From NCBI GenBank assembly GCA_038131935.1, contig JAYPQH010000004.1:1-32402 (forward strand): a stretch of DNA of 32,402 bases, in the 5' to 3' direction. The DNA is from Alphaproteobacteria bacterium (GTDB taxonomy: Bacteria > Pseudomonadota > Alphaproteobacteria > UBA8317). The position numbers were made by a program, and so were the translations under genes. The notes beneath the pieces are model-generated. The model saw nothing but the letters and a program-made list of their open reading frames with translations, did no database searches and was not told the origin of the DNA. This document shows, piece by piece, positions 21,687 through 32,402 of this stretch. Every line of letters begins with the position of its first letter. Position 1 is the first letter of the stretch.

Positions 21687-21839
21687 GTGGCGCTGGCAAA
21701 GATTAATATTGTTTTTTTGGCATGCGTTGTTGGGATCTCTATCATAGGGGTGACTTTTCCATCGATGGCAGATTTTTTTCTGCGACCTTTTCAATTGATG
21801 GCACTTGATGCAGGCCGATTTTTGATAAGCTGTTTTTAG
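21687..21839 (+). CDS. Unannotated 50-aa single-TM small protein
   Basis: GGAGG (21676-21680), 6-nt spacer, GTG. Translation MALAKINIVFLACVVGISIIGVTFPSMADFFLRPFQLMALDAGRFLISCF; below the ORF-track size cut-off. Confidence 0.55.
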   Translation: MALAKINIVFLACVVGISIIGVTFPSMADFFLRPFQLMALDAGRFLISCF

Positions 21840-22031
21840 AACGATTGATTTTTCGATAAATTAATTGCCTCAAACTTAATAGGCCTTCTTATTTTAAGCG
21901 CTAGGAAGGCGCCAAGAGACATCTTTAACGTGACATTCATAATACCTTTGTATATACCCGTCCCATCAACTCGGGAAACATCGAGATTTTAAGAAAATAT
22001 TTTACAAGTTAAGCGAGCTGGAGGAAGAAAA

Positions 22032-22475
22032 ATGGCTGAAACAGTTGAAGCAATATGGGAAACAATTGTTCTAGACGACGATTATACCCCTTCCGATGAC
22101 GAAGAATTCATGAATGTTCGGCAACAAATGTATTTCCGGAAAAAGTTACTGGCTTGGAAAGAAGAAATTTTAGACAATACCCGCGACACCATTGATGCAA
22201 TGAGGTCAGATGATCTGGTTTTACCAGACGTCACAGACCGGGCAACGTATGAGAGCGAAAAAGCACTTGAGCTTAGGGCTAGGGATCGGCAGCGTAAACT
22301 GATTTCAAAAATAAATGCCGCCATCGCTCGCATTGATGATGGCACCTATGGTTACTGTGAAATCACCGGAGACCCTATTGGGTTGCGTAGACTGGATGCA
22401 CGTCCCATTGCAACATTATCAATCGAAGCTCAAGAGATGCATGAGCGTCGGGAAAAAGTGTTCAGAGACGATTAA
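22032..22475 (+). CDS. dksA: RNA polymerase-binding transcription factor DksA (alphaproteobacterial type)
   Basis: EEFMN..Q..YFR.KL, coiled-coil tip DVTDRA, RDRQRKLISKI, and GTYGYCEITGDPIGLRRLDARP. Confidence 0.95.
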   Translation: MAETVEAIWETIVLDDDYTPSDDEEFMNVRQQMYFRKKLLAWKEEILDNTRDTIDAMRSDDLVLPDVTDRATYESEKALELRARDRQRKLISKINAAIARIDDGTYGYCEITGDPIGLRRLDARPIATLSIEAQEMHERREKVFRDD

Positions 22476-22485
22476 TTCTGGACGA

Positions 22486-22500
22486 GAACAAAAAGAGAAC
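22486..22500. promoter_or_regulatory. Alphaproteobacterial LexA (SOS) box upstream of recA
   Basis: GAAC-AAAAAGA-GAAC, the reverse complement of GTTC-N7-GTTC, about 80 bp before the recA ATG. Confidence 0.85.
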
Positions 22501-22582
22501 ATATACTCTTTGGTAGAATCGGCTACATTGGTAGTAACGATAAAACTTTCTGGGATGGTTATCCCATCAGAGGATATGTCAC

Positions 22583-23610
22583 ATGGATAAAGATAAAGCA
22601 CTTGAAGCCGCATTAAGCCAGATTGAGAAAGCTTATGGAAAAGGTGCAGTCATGCGCCTTGGGCAACAAGGTTCGGTAATTGAAATTGAATCTATCTCAA
22701 CCGGTTCGATAGGTTTGGATATAGCTCTTGGAATAGGGGGGCTGCCAAAAGGTCGTGTTATTGAAGTCTATGGACCAGAGAGCTCTGGTAAGACAACTTT
22801 AGCATTGCATGTGGTGGCACAAGCACAGAAATCGGGCGGTGTTTGTGCCTTCGTTGATGCTGAGCATGCTTTAGATCCGGTTTATGCTCAAAAACTGGGC
22901 GTGGATATTAATGAATTGGTCATTTCGCAACCAGATACAGGTGAACAAGCATTGAAATTACAGACACCTTGGTTAGGTCAGGGGCTGTTTCTGTTATTGT
23001 CGTGGACTCCGTGGCTGCCCTTACCCCTCGCGCTGAATTGGAAGGTGACATGGGAGACTCTTTGCCTGGACTTCAAGCGCGTTTAATGTCTCAAGCATTG
23101 CGAAAATTAACAGGTTCAATCTCCCGTTCAAATTGTATGGTTATTTTTATCAACCAGATTCGTATGAAGATTGGGGTGATGTTTGGAAATCCCGAGACAA
23201 CAACAGGTGGGAATGCGCTTAAATTTTACGCATCTGTTCGTTTGGATATTCGTCGTACAACAGCTATAAAAGATCGTGATGAAGTTGTTGGAAATCAAAC
23301 CAAGGTTAAAGTTGTTAAAAACAAAGTCGCGCCACCATTTAGAGAAGTGATTTTTGACATCATGTATGGTCAAGGTATCTCAAGAGAAGGGGAACTGATC
23401 GATCTGGGTGTTAAGGCAGATATTGTGGAAAAATCTGGATCCTGGTTCTCCTTTTCAGGGCAGAGGATTGGCCAAGGGCGTGAGAATGTAAAACAATTCT
23501 TACGCGATAATCCAACGGTTGCGGATGAAATTGATCGGCAAATACGCGCAAAAGCCGGTTTGTTGTCAAACGTTATGGTAGAAGAGCATGCAGAGGCAGC
23601 TGAGGCCTAG
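22583..23610 (+). CDS. recA: Recombinase A, one frameshift near 22954
   Basis: [17 protein letters not shown] and [10 protein letters not shown] in the first ORF; [25 protein letters not shown] and GGNALKFY in the second. Confidence 0.97.
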
Positions 23611-23680
23611 ACCCAAGCCTTTATGCCGTTTACATGAACTTATGGTTAAGTTTTTGGGTCGATGTGAACGGAGAATGTGA

Positions 23681-26339
23681 ATGTCAGGTATGCCACTTGA
23701 AGATGTGCGACGCACGTTTGTTGAATTTTTTCAAGCGCGAGATCATGAGCATGTCTCTTCATCTCCACTTGTACCTGACAATGATCCCACATTATTATTT
23801 ACCAATGCTGGTATGGTGCAGTTTAAGTCTGTTTTTACCGGACAAGAGCAGCGGAGCTATCATCGAGCGGTAACATCGCAAAAATGCGTTCGCGCGGGCG
23901 GAAAACATAATGATTTAGACAATGTTGGCTATACAGCTCGTCACCATACGTTTTTTGAGATGCTGGGTAACTTTTCGTTTGGTGATTATTTTAAGGATCA
24001 AGCAATTGATCAAGCTTGGCATCTGGTTACACGAGAATTTGGGTTGCCAGTCGATAAACTTTTGGTCACCGTTTACGCCGAGGATGATGAGGCTTTTGCG
24101 CTTTGGCGCAAGATAGCAGGTCTGCCCGAAGATCGGATTATTAGAATTGCAACCTCTGACAATTTTTGGTCGATGGGTGACACAGGCCCCTGCGGTCCTT
24201 GTTCAGAAATATTCTTCGATCATGGTGACCACATTTGGGGTGGTCCCCCAGGATCACCTGATGAAGATGGTGATAGATTTATTGAAATCTGGAACCTAGT
24301 ATTTATGCAATTTAATCAAGAGGCTAACGGAGATCGCTTGCCTTTGCCAAAGCCATCTATTGATACAGGGATGGGGTTGGAGCGAATTTCTGCTGTGCTG
24401 CAAAATGTTCATGATAATTATGATATTGATTTGTTCAGGACCTTAATACAGGCATCAAAAGATATTACAGGCGCCGGTGAGGATGGTGATCAGAAAATGA
24501 GCCATCGTGTCATTGCCGATCATATACGTTCTACATGTTTTATGATGGCTGATGGCGTTACGCCTTCGAATGAAGGTCGAGGCTATGTATTGCGTAGGAT
24601 TATGCGCAGGGCTCTACGTCATGCACACAAATTGGGTGCCAAGGGGCATGTTTTGTCTAAACTCGCCCCCGTATTGGTTGATCAGATGGGGGCAGCGTTT
24701 CCCGAACTTTTGCGTGCGTGAGTTGATGATCGATAGTTTGTATCATGAAGAAGATCGTTTTAGGAGCATGTTAGATAAGGGCATGCATCTATTAGAGGGC
24801 GAAATATCAAAAATAGGTTCGCAAAATATTCTGCCTGGTGATGTGGCTTTTCGTCTGTACGATACGTATGGGTTCCCACTTGATTTGACGCAAGATGCGT
24901 TACGTGAACGAGGTTTAAGTGTTGATACACAAGGCTTTGATGAAGCCATGGAGCGCCAGCGTGAGGCCGCAAGAGAGTCTTGGGCAGGGTCAGGCGATTT
25001 GCAGCTTGCGCATATTTGGTCGGAAATTGTGCAACAAAAAGGCGAAACAAATTTTGTTGGCTATGACCGACTCACGGCAGAAAGCACGATTGTTGCCCTC
25101 ATACAAGATGGTCAAAATGTAGATATGGTGCATGAGGGTGACCAAGTGGACATTTTGCTGCGTGCGACGCCCTTTTATGGTGAGAGTGGAGGGCCGCAGG
25201 GAGATAGAGGTTATGTCTCATCTATGACTGGGGATAAGTTTGAGGTTTTAGACTGTGTAAAACCTCTTTCAGGGCTGCATGTACATCGGGGTATCGTGAA
25301 AATCGGTAGGTTGCATGTAGGCCAAAAAGTCCACGCCACTGTTGATGAAAAAAGGCGCGCAAATCTGAGAAGGCATCACTCCGCCACACATATTCTTCAC
25401 GAAGTACTGCGCCGTGTTTTGGGCGAGCATGTGGCGCAAAAAGGTTCAATGGTGGCGGAAGATAGGCTGCGTTTTGATTTTACACATGCGCATCCCCTTC
25501 ATCTTAATGAGATCCAACAGATCGAACAAATGGTACAGATGGTTATTCTTGAAAATGATGCTGTAAGTACAGAGATCATGACACCAGAAAAGGCTATGGA
25601 AGCTGGTGCTTTGGCGCTATTCGGCGAGAAATATGGGGCTGAAGTTCGGGTATTGTCGATGGGGAAAGCACAGAACGGAAGACAAGGATTTTCTGTGGAG
25701 TTATGCGGTGGAACACATGTTCAAGCCTTGGGTGATATTGGTACATTAAAAATTATATCACAGTCGTCTGTATCCGCGGGTGTGCGCCGCATTGAGGCTG
25801 TTGTTGGTGAAGCTGCACTTTTGTACAATCAATCAATAGAACAAAAACTGTCCGAGGTTGTGACGGAATTAAAAGTTTCAACCGATGATGTCATTCAGAG
25901 AATTAAGTCTCTTCAACAAGAGCGGAGAGATTTAGATCGTCAAGTCCAAGAGTTGCGTAAGCAACTTGCGCTTTCCGGTGGTGCGGGCAGTACCCCGGTG
26001 CAGTCTGAAGATATTTCAGGGATGAGTTGTTTGCTGGTGGTCTATGATGGGATTCCTGCTAAAGAATTGCGCGGTTTGGTGGACGAAGAGAAGGCGCGCA
26101 TCGGCGAAGGCGTTGTGATGGTAATGTCACGTGTAGATGGCAAAGTTGCCGTTGTTGCGGGGGTCACCCAGGGCTTATTGGAGCGTGTGAGTGCAGTTGA
26201 TCTTGTGCGTGAAGCGGCTTCAGTTCTTGGTGGAAAGGGTGGTGGAGGTCGGCCTGATATGGCTCAAGCTGGTGGACCAGACATATCACGTGCTGATGAT
26301 GCTATTGAGAAGGTGCGTGCATGGCTTGCTGCACGATGA
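23681..26339 (+). CDS. alaS: Alanine--tRNA ligase, one frameshift near 24717
   Basis: [39 protein letters not shown] and GYVLRRI; then LYDTYGFP, editing HSATH..ELCGGTH and C-terminal [12 protein letters not shown]. Confidence 0.97.
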
Positions 26340-27660
26340 AATGACGCAAGACCAAATACGCCAAACCACCCCAGAGGATATGGGTTGCTGTCATGGCCAA
26401 CCAAATGCCTGTTAGGTCATAGAGTTGTGACCCCAGGAACACAAAAGGAATCATGGTGAGGACTGAACGCCCAATACCCACACCTGTGGCCCAATAGGGT
26501 TGGTGTAGGCCATTAAAGCCAGCCATAACATACATAGATATGCCATAGAATGCGTAACATATGGGCAGATAACGCATATATGAACGTATAATGTCTTGGA
26601 CCTCAGTCCCGCCACCAAACATGATGGCCAGATGGTGGGAAAAGTTCATCAATATGATGCAGATAAGAGCGCCAAGCAACAAACAAAATAAACCAAGCTG
26701 CTGGTGTCCATCGCGCATGCGGTCAAAATATTTTGCTGCCTGGTTTTGGCCCAAAAATGGACCAATCACGCTGGACAATGCATAAAAAGGTACCAAAATA
26801 ACAGTTTCAATACGTGTTGCTACGGAAAAACCAGCAACGGCTGCTTCTCCATATCGCGCAACCACAGACAAAACGACGCCATTGGCCAAGGGCAGAACCA
26901 TATTGGTAAGTGCAGCGGGAATCCCAACAAAAAGAATGTCTTTGAGTGCGGTTGGTAATAAATTTGGCAGCTGTGGACGCGCAAACAGGCCCTCCTTAAA
27001 CAGCAGATATAATATAATGACAAGGCCTATAAGACGTGAGAAAAACGTCGCCATCATGGATCCTGTAAGGCCCATTGCAGGGATAATTCCCCAGCCAAAT
27101 ATTAGTATAGGGTCTAGGGCTGCATTGGTGAGTGCCACAGCAATCATGGTCAGCCCTGGGCCAGATGTTTTTCCTCTTCCACGCAGTGCACCCATGGCTG
27201 ACATGGTTACCACCAAGATGCCCATTCCCGCCATTGCCCACATCATTGGAACTTCTAAGATATCTGCAATAGGTCTTGAGGCGCCGATGAGCGTTAACAA
27301 TGGAAAATGAAGTATCAAGCTAAGTGTAGCAAAGAGACTGCCTAAGGCCATAGAGACAAACAGCCCATAATGAAGGTAGGCCAAACCTAAATCATGATTG
27401 CCGGCCCCCATAGCTCGTGCGGAGCTGGCAGACATGCCTGCGGATAAGCCAATACCAAGAGAAATCATGACCAATAGCAAGGGAAAGGCAAAACCTAATG
27501 CGGCAAGGGGTTGTTGGCCAAGCAATGATACAAAAAAGGCATCTGTGAGATCTGTGGCCATGATCGCTAGGAGGCCTCCCATGGTAGGAATAGCCATGCG
27601 TATCAGTATACTCAAAGGAGGTAATGTTAAGATTTTATTATCTTCATTATTGTGTGACAT
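26302..27660 (-). CDS. MATE family efflux transporter
   Basis: About 12 TM helices with AIP, D..FV..LG..PLAA, RGRG, NAALDPILIFG, GIPA and GQN motifs. Overlaps the alaS 3' end by 38 bp. Confidence 0.9.
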   Translation of the reverse strand: MSHNNEDNKILTLPPLSILIRMAIPTMGGLLAIMATDLTDAFFVSLLGQQPLAALGFAFPLLLVMISLGIGLSAGMSASSARAMGAGNHDLGLAYLHYGLFVSMALGSLFATLSLILHFPLLTLIGASRPIADILEVPMMWAMAGMGILVVTMSAMGALRGRGKTSGPGLTMIAVALTNAALDPILIFGWGIIPAMGLTGSMMATFFSRLIGLVIILYLLFKEGLFARPQLPNLLPTALKDILFVGIPAALTNMVLPLANGVVLSVVARYGEAAVAGFSVATRIETVILVPFYALSSVIGPFLGQNQAAKYFDRMRDGHQQLGLFCLLLGALICIILMNFSHHLAIMFGGGTEVQDIIRSYMRYLPICYAFYGISMYVMAGFNGLHQPYWATGVGIGRSVLTMIPFVFLGSQLYDLTGIWLAMTATHILWGGLAYLVLRHFIVQQAMHAPSQ

Positions 27661-27716
27661 CCAGAAAATCCTTAGACCAGATTTAGATGCATATAAATGG
27701 GTGAGGTTGGCGTTCC

Positions 27717-28724
27717 ATGGGATCTCGGATTGTTGTAACAGGCGTTGCTGGTTTTATTGGCCAAGCGTGCGCTCAACGCTTAGCCCAAGAAGGCTGGGAA
27801 GTATACGGTATTGATAACTTTAATGGTTATTACGATCCGGAACTCAAAAAATCACGTCTTTCCCACTTGCCGCAAAAAATCCAAGAGAGGGTTTTGAATG
27901 CCGACATAGCTGACACGGATGCTGTCCGAGATTTATTTGACAAAGCACAACCTCAATATGTTTTGCATTTGGCAGCCCAGGCAGGGGTGCGATACTCATT
28001 AGAAGAACCTTTAACCTATATAAAATCAAATATTGTAGGGCATTTGAATGTTCTAGAAGCCTGTCGGCAACATGACGTGGAGCATTTGGTTTATGCATCT
28101 TCAAGTTCTGTTTATGGGCTCAACAACATTCCTTTTGACGAGGCACATCCTGCAGATCATCCAGTAAGCCTTTACGGTGCGACCAAAAGAAGTAATGAGT
28201 TGATGAGTCATGCCTATGCCCATTTATTTGAAATCCCCAGCACTGGACTAAGGTTTTTTACTGTGTATGGGCCATGGGGAAGGCCAGATATGGCCCCATG
28301 GAAGTTCATTAATGCAGCATTGCGCGGGCAATCGGTTCCTTTGTTCAATTATGGTGAAATGCTTCGGGATTTTACATATATTGATGATATTGTGGAGGGT
28401 GTCATTCGGATACTCAACAAACCACCAAAAAGGCAAAGCCTTGAAGATGTAGACATGTCCCCTGCTTCATCAACTGCCGCCCATCGGGTGTTCAATATCG
28501 GTAATGACGCACCAGAGAGTTTAAAAGCCTTTGTAGCAGCTATTGAAAAAGCAACCGGTACGTCACTAGCTGTTGATCTTCAGCCGCTACAGCCAGGTGA
28601 TGTCCTTGAGACAAGGGCTGAAATTCATAGGCTAGATGAGTTGGTAGGTTTTCGCCCTGCCACGGATTTGCAAACCGGCATTAACAAGACAACTGCTTGG
28701 TTTCGTTCCTATTACCAGCTTTAA
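27717..28724 (+). CDS. NAD-dependent epimerase, UDP-glucuronate 4-epimerase-like
   Basis: TGVAGFIG, HLAAQAGVRYS, YASSSSVYG, YGATK, LRFFTVYGPWGRPDMA and RDFTYIDD. Confidence 0.9.
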   Translation: MGSRIVVTGVAGFIGQACAQRLAQEGWEVYGIDNFNGYYDPELKKSRLSHLPQKIQERVLNADIADTDAVRDLFDKAQPQYVLHLAAQAGVRYSLEEPLTYIKSNIVGHLNVLEACRQHDVEHLVYASSSSVYGLNNIPFDEAHPADHPVSLYGATKRSNELMSHAYAHLFEIPSTGLRFFTVYGPWGRPDMAPWKFINAALRGQSVPLFNYGEMLRDFTYIDDIVEGVIRILNKPPKRQSLEDVDMSPASSTAAHRVFNIGNDAPESLKAFVAAIEKATGTSLAVDLQPLQPGDVLETRAEIHRLDELVGFRPATDLQTGINKTTAWFRSYYQL

Positions 28725-29951
28725 TTAGCTCAGGTGGTGATCAAGCGCTTTGCTAAGATTTTCATCAATTTTATCGAGAAACTCTGTTGTGGTAAGCCAG
28801 CCTTGATTAGGTCCTACCAAGAGAGCCAAATCTTTTGTCATCGCGCCATTTTCAACCGTTTGGACGCAAACCGTTTCTAGGCATGAAGCAAATTTAGCCA
28901 GTTCTTTGTTTTCATCCAATTTTGCACGATGGCTTAAGCCTCGGGTCCACGCAAAAATAGAGGCCATTGAGTTGGTTGAAGTTGGTTTGCCCTGCTGATG
29001 CAGGCGAAAGTGTCTAGTAACGGTGCCATGAGCCGCCTCAGCTTCAACAGTCTTACCGTCTGGTGTCATAAGAACGGACGTCATCAGTCCCAATGAGCCA
29101 AAGCCTTGTGCCACTGTATCAGATTGCACATCACCGTCATAATTTTTACACGCCCATACAAATTTCCCAGACCATTTAAGCGCACATGCTACCATGTCAT
29201 CTATCAGACGATGCTCATAATGGATGCCAACAGCTTGGAATTGGTCAACAAATTCTGTGTTGTATACCTCTTCAAATAAATCCTTAAAGCGACCATCATA
29301 TGATTTGAGGATTGTATTTTTTGTGGATAGGAATAAAGGCCATTGTCTGTTCAGCGCGTAGTTCATGCACGCCCTGGCAAAATCTCGTATGGCGCTATCA
29401 AGGTTATACATGCCCATGGCAACACCTGCGCCAGGGAAGTCATACACTTCAAATTCTTGGTGCTCTGTTCCATCTTCTGATTCCCAACGTAACGTAAGTT
29501 TTCCTTTGCCAGGCACGCGAAAATCTGTTGCGCGATATTGATCACCAAAGGCATGCCGTCCCACAACAATGGGCTCAGTCCAACCTGGCACAAGCCTTGG
29601 GACGTTTTGGCAAATGATAGGTTCGCGAAAAACAACACCGCCGAGAATGTTACGGATGGTGCCATTGGGCGAGCGCCACATCTTCTGAAGCCCAAATTCT
29701 TCTACCCTTGCCTCGTCTGGTGTGATGGTGGCGCATTTTATTCCCACTCCATGACATTTGATAGCTTCTGCAGCATCAATGGTTATCTGATCTTGTGTTT
29801 GGTCACGAGAGGTTACGCTCAAATCAAAATATTTTGTATCTAGTTGAAGATAAGGAAAAATTAATTTTTGTTTGATGATATCCCATATAATTCTGGTCAT
29901 TTCATCCCCATCACATTCGACAATTGGGTTGCTCACTTTGATTTTGCTCAT
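28725..29951 (-). CDS. icd: NADP-dependent isocitrate dehydrogenase (type II homodimeric)
   Basis: [43 protein letters not shown] and [10 protein letters not shown]. Confidence 0.97.
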   Translation of the reverse strand: MSKIKVSNPIVECDGDEMTRIIWDIIKQKLIFPYLQLDTKYFDLSVTSRDQTQDQITIDAAEAIKCHGVGIKCATITPDEARVEEFGLQKMWRSPNGTIRNILGGVVFREPIICQNVPRLVPGWTEPIVVGRHAFGDQYRATDFRVPGKGKLTLRWESEDGTEHQEFEVYDFPGAGVAMGMYNLDSAIRDFARACMNYALNRQWPLFLSTKNTILKSYDGRFKDLFEEVYNTEFVDQFQAVGIHYEHRLIDDMVACALKWSGKFVWACKNYDGDVQSDTVAQGFGSLGLMTSVLMTPDGKTVEAEAAHGTVTRHFRLHQQGKPTSTNSMASIFAWTRGLSHRAKLDENKELAKFASCLETVCVQTVENGAMTKDLALLVGPNQGWLTTTEFLDKIDENLSKALDHHLS

Positions 29952-30087
29952 GAATGAAACCTCTCTTGGGGCATGATTTGCTGATTAAGAAACATGGTGC
30001 TGGTATGTATTCGTTTGTATGTTGTCCTGTGATGTGCCACGCAGGGGTGGCTTTATGGCAATGCCTTTATCAGTGTCGAGGTGCAAT

Positions 30088-30822
30088 ATGAGAAATCCAT
30101 TCAGGCCGAAAGTTGTATTGGTAAAACCCCAAATGGGCGAAAATATAGGGGCTGCAGCCAGAGCAATGGCAAATTTTGGTCTTACAGAGATGCGTTTGGT
30201 GTGCCCAAGAGATGGTTGGCCGAATCCCAAAGCAACTGCGATGGCGGCAGGCGCGAACCATATCCTTGATAAAGTGCAGCTATTCGATAGCCTTCAAGAT
30301 GCATTAGCTGACTGTCACTACGCTGTTGCAACCACGGCGAGGATACGTGAGCAAAATAAAAGGGTTCTTGAACCGTCAGAGCTTGGGGAGCAGATGGCAT
30401 CATTTCAAGCCAACAGCGCTGTTGTTTTTGGGCCTGAAAGATCTGGCTTGGAAAATGATGATATCGCATGTTGTCACGACATGTTACGCATTCCTGTCGC
30501 GCCAGACTTTGCATCACTAAATTTGGCCCAATCAGTGTTGTTGATTTGTTATGAACTTTTTCGATTTCAGCCACTCGAGCAGCCAAAGCTGGTGCGTGAT
30601 CCCGTAGCACCATTGCACGAATATGAAGGTATGTTAGGACAGCTTAGCGATGCATTGGATATGTCGGGTTTCTTCTATCCTGAAGAAAAAAAGGCATCAA
30701 TGGTAAGAAATCTTCGTGGTATGTTCCTCTCAGTGGGCTGGTCATCGCAACAGATTCGAACAATGAGGGGGGTAATCAGGTCCCTCCAGCGCGGTCACCC
30801 CCAAAAACAGCCAGATGATTGA
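30088..30822 (+). CDS. trmJ: TrmJ/LasT-family SPOUT tRNA methyltransferase
   Basis: PQMGENIGAAARAMANFG, ATTAR, FGPERSGL and SLNLAQSV. Start taken at ATG 30088 after GAGG. Confidence 0.88.
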   Translation: MRNPFRPKVVLVKPQMGENIGAAARAMANFGLTEMRLVCPRDGWPNPKATAMAAGANHILDKVQLFDSLQDALADCHYAVATTARIREQNKRVLEPSELGEQMASFQANSAVVFGPERSGLENDDIACCHDMLRIPVAPDFASLNLAQSVLLICYELFRFQPLEQPKLVRDPVAPLHEYEGMLGQLSDALDMSGFFYPEEKKASMVRNLRGMFLSVGWSSQQIRTMRGVIRSLQRGHPQKQPDD

Positions 30823-30847
30823 CCTCTATCATGACTTTGTTTATAGC
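30819..30847 (+). promoter_or_regulatory. Putative sigma70 promoter for rpsD
   Basis: TTGACC (30819-30824), 17-bp spacer, TATAGC (30842-30847). Confidence 0.55.
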
Positions 30848-30974
30848 CACGTACTTCAACCAAACTTGGCATGAGCGTGGCCCAAGCTAACTGTTGCTTG
30901 TCGGCCTGTCGTTGGAGCGGTTTCGCCCAAAGTAGGAGCATGATTGCACAAGTTGATTATAAAAGGAGTGACTG

Positions 30975-31592
30975 ATGTCCAAACGCGAATCCGCGAAATA
31001 TAAAATTGATCGCCGTATGGGTGAAAATCTGTGGGGTCGTCCCAAGAGCCCAGTTAATCGTCGTAACTATGGACCTGGACAACATGGTCAGCGTCGAAAA
31101 GGCAAGCTCTCTGATTTTGGTCTCCAGCTGCGTGCGAAGCAGAAACTAAAAGGCTACTACGGTAGCATCTCAGAAAAACAATTCCGTGCAATTTACAACG
31201 AAGCCGATCGTCGTCGTGGTGACACAGGTGAAAACCTGATTGGTTTGCTTGAAAGCAGGTTAGACGCCTTGGTCTATCGTGCCAAATTTGTTCCCACCGT
31301 GTTTGCAGCACGTCAGTTTGTGAATCATGGACATGTGTTGGTTAATGGCAAAAAGGTAAATATTCCTTCATACCGTTTGCGTTTGGGTGATGTGGTTGAA
31401 GTTCGTGAACGTTCACGGCAAATGCCATTGGTTCTTGAGGCTATTCAATCTGCGGAGCGTGACGTTCCAGATTATATTGACGTAGATCATCAAAAACTAT
31501 CTGCAACTTTCCAGCGATTGCCACAGATGGCTGATGTTCCTTATCCTGTTCAAATGGAACCAAACTTAGTGGTTGAATTTTATTCCCGCTAA
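30975..31592 (+). CDS. rpsD: 30S ribosomal protein S4
   Basis: [32 protein letters not shown] and ARQFVNHGH; AAGGAG RBS. Confidence 0.98.
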   Translation: MSKRESAKYKIDRRMGENLWGRPKSPVNRRNYGPGQHGQRRKGKLSDFGLQLRAKQKLKGYYGSISEKQFRAIYNEADRRRGDTGENLIGLLESRLDALVYRAKFVPTVFAARQFVNHGHVLVNGKKVNIPSYRLRLGDVVEVRERSRQMPLVLEAIQSAERDVPDYIDVDHQKLSATFQRLPQMADVPYPVQMEPNLVVEFYSR

Positions 31593-31613
31593 TTGACCTT
31601 GTTTGCTGAGTTT

Positions 31614-31647
31614 AAAAAAACCGTTCCTTCTGGGACGGTTTTTTTTT
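31614..31647 (+). terminator. Intrinsic terminator of rpsD
   Basis: A7-CCGTTCC-ttct-GGGACGG-T9. Confidence 0.88.
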
Positions 31648-31766
31648 GGGCTGTTGATTGGGGAATGTTTCGCAAAATATGACATAGCGATGACCCGATC
31701 CATTGCGTTTTTACCTAAGTTGTTTAACCTCTGAATTGCAATATCAGAAATAACAGGGGAAAATGT

Positions 31767-32402
31767 ATGGCGGTTGTAGAAACAGAAGAACATGGTGAAA
31801 TATTTGTGGTAAGGATCAATCGTCCTGAACGTTTGGGTGCGCTGAACCACGAAACCCGTTCACTTTTGGCTGATGCATGGCATCATTTGCAAGAAAGCAA
31901 ACATTTGGAGGTAGGGATTTTTACTGGGACAGGTCGTGGCTTCTGTGCTGGTGAGGATATGAAGGAAGCCCTGGCAGATAACCTTCCTGGGGGACGCAGA
32001 CCTGATCGAGAAGATCCATTGATGGCTGGGACATTACAAAAACCGGTCATAGCGGCAATAAATGGACATGCTATGGGTGGTGGCTTCATGTTGGTAGAAG
32101 CAACTGATTTGAGGGTGTCATCGCGTGATGCTTTGTTTGAAGTGTCCGAGGCTAAGCGATGGTTATTAGGTGGCTATAACCATGGGGTCATTGCCAATAT
32201 GCCATTTCCCATAGCGATGGAAATGGCATTGGCTTATCGGTTTGATGCGACACGAATGCATCAACTTGGATTTATCAATCGTGTTGTTGATGCAGATCAA
32301 GTGATGAATGAAGCCATGGGTATGGCGGAGCATTTGTTGAAGTTACCTCCTGCTGCACGTGTGAATACAGTACATTTGATGCGTAAGATGAGGCCACAGC
32401 CG
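31767..32402 (+). CDS. Enoyl-CoA hydratase/isomerase (crotonase) family protein, runs off the window end
   Basis: Open frame from ATG 31767: MAVVETEEHGEIFVVRINRPERLGALN, TGTGRGFCAGEDM, KPVIAAINGHAMGGGF. Missing from the ORF track because there is no stop in the window. Confidence 0.9.
   Translation, partial: MAVVETEEHGEIFVVRINRPERLGALNHETRSLLADAWHHLQESKHLEVGIFTGTGRGFCAGEDMKEALADNLPGGRRPDREDPLMAGTLQKPVIAAINGHAMGGGFMLVEATDLRVSSRDALFEVSEAKRWLLGGYNHGVIANMPFPIAMEMALAYRFDATRMHQLGFINRVVDADQVMNEAMGMAEHLLKLPPAARVNTVHLMRKMRPQP

Noticed and set aside
21840-22031. TTAA repeats as CtrA sites, or an sRNA, upstream of dksA
   Set aside because: The spacing is not TTAA-N7-TTAA and there is no convincing stem or terminator.
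22340-22430. DksA lacking the four-Cys zinc finger
   Set aside because: A single-Cys, zinc-free DksA is a known alphaproteobacterial type and is not novel.
22583-26339. Split recA and alaS as pseudogenes, inteins or programmed frameshifts
   Set aside because: Each break is a single missing base with no inserted sequence or slippery-site structure, and the same pattern occurs across the window.

Overview
A core-chromosome segment of an alphaproteobacterium. The evidence is a GAAC-N7-GAAC SOS box, a zinc-free DksA, and the conserved blocks hflKC-DUF2065-degP-serB/miaA-ilvBNC, mreBCD-mrdA-rodA, recA-alaS and icd-trmJ-rpsD. Gene packing is very tight. About ten genes, including essential ones (folA, mreB, rodA, alaS), are split by single-base indels, mostly in homopolymers; this points to long-read consensus errors rather than pseudogenes. 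I see no rRNA, tRNA, CRISPR or mobile element. The most interesting parts are three. (1) An accessory module after rodA: an SbtA-family Na+/bicarbonate transporter with no sbtB, divergent from an OxyR-like LysR regulator that has no cysteine (the peroxidatic Cys position is Arg) and sits on an OxyR-type operator. This is a candidate bicarbonate/CO2-sensing uptake system. (2) An unannotated, probably leaderless, Leu-containing leader peptide with a non-terminator hairpin upstream of leuA. (3) An unannotated 50-aa membrane ORF with a strong RBS upstream of dksA.
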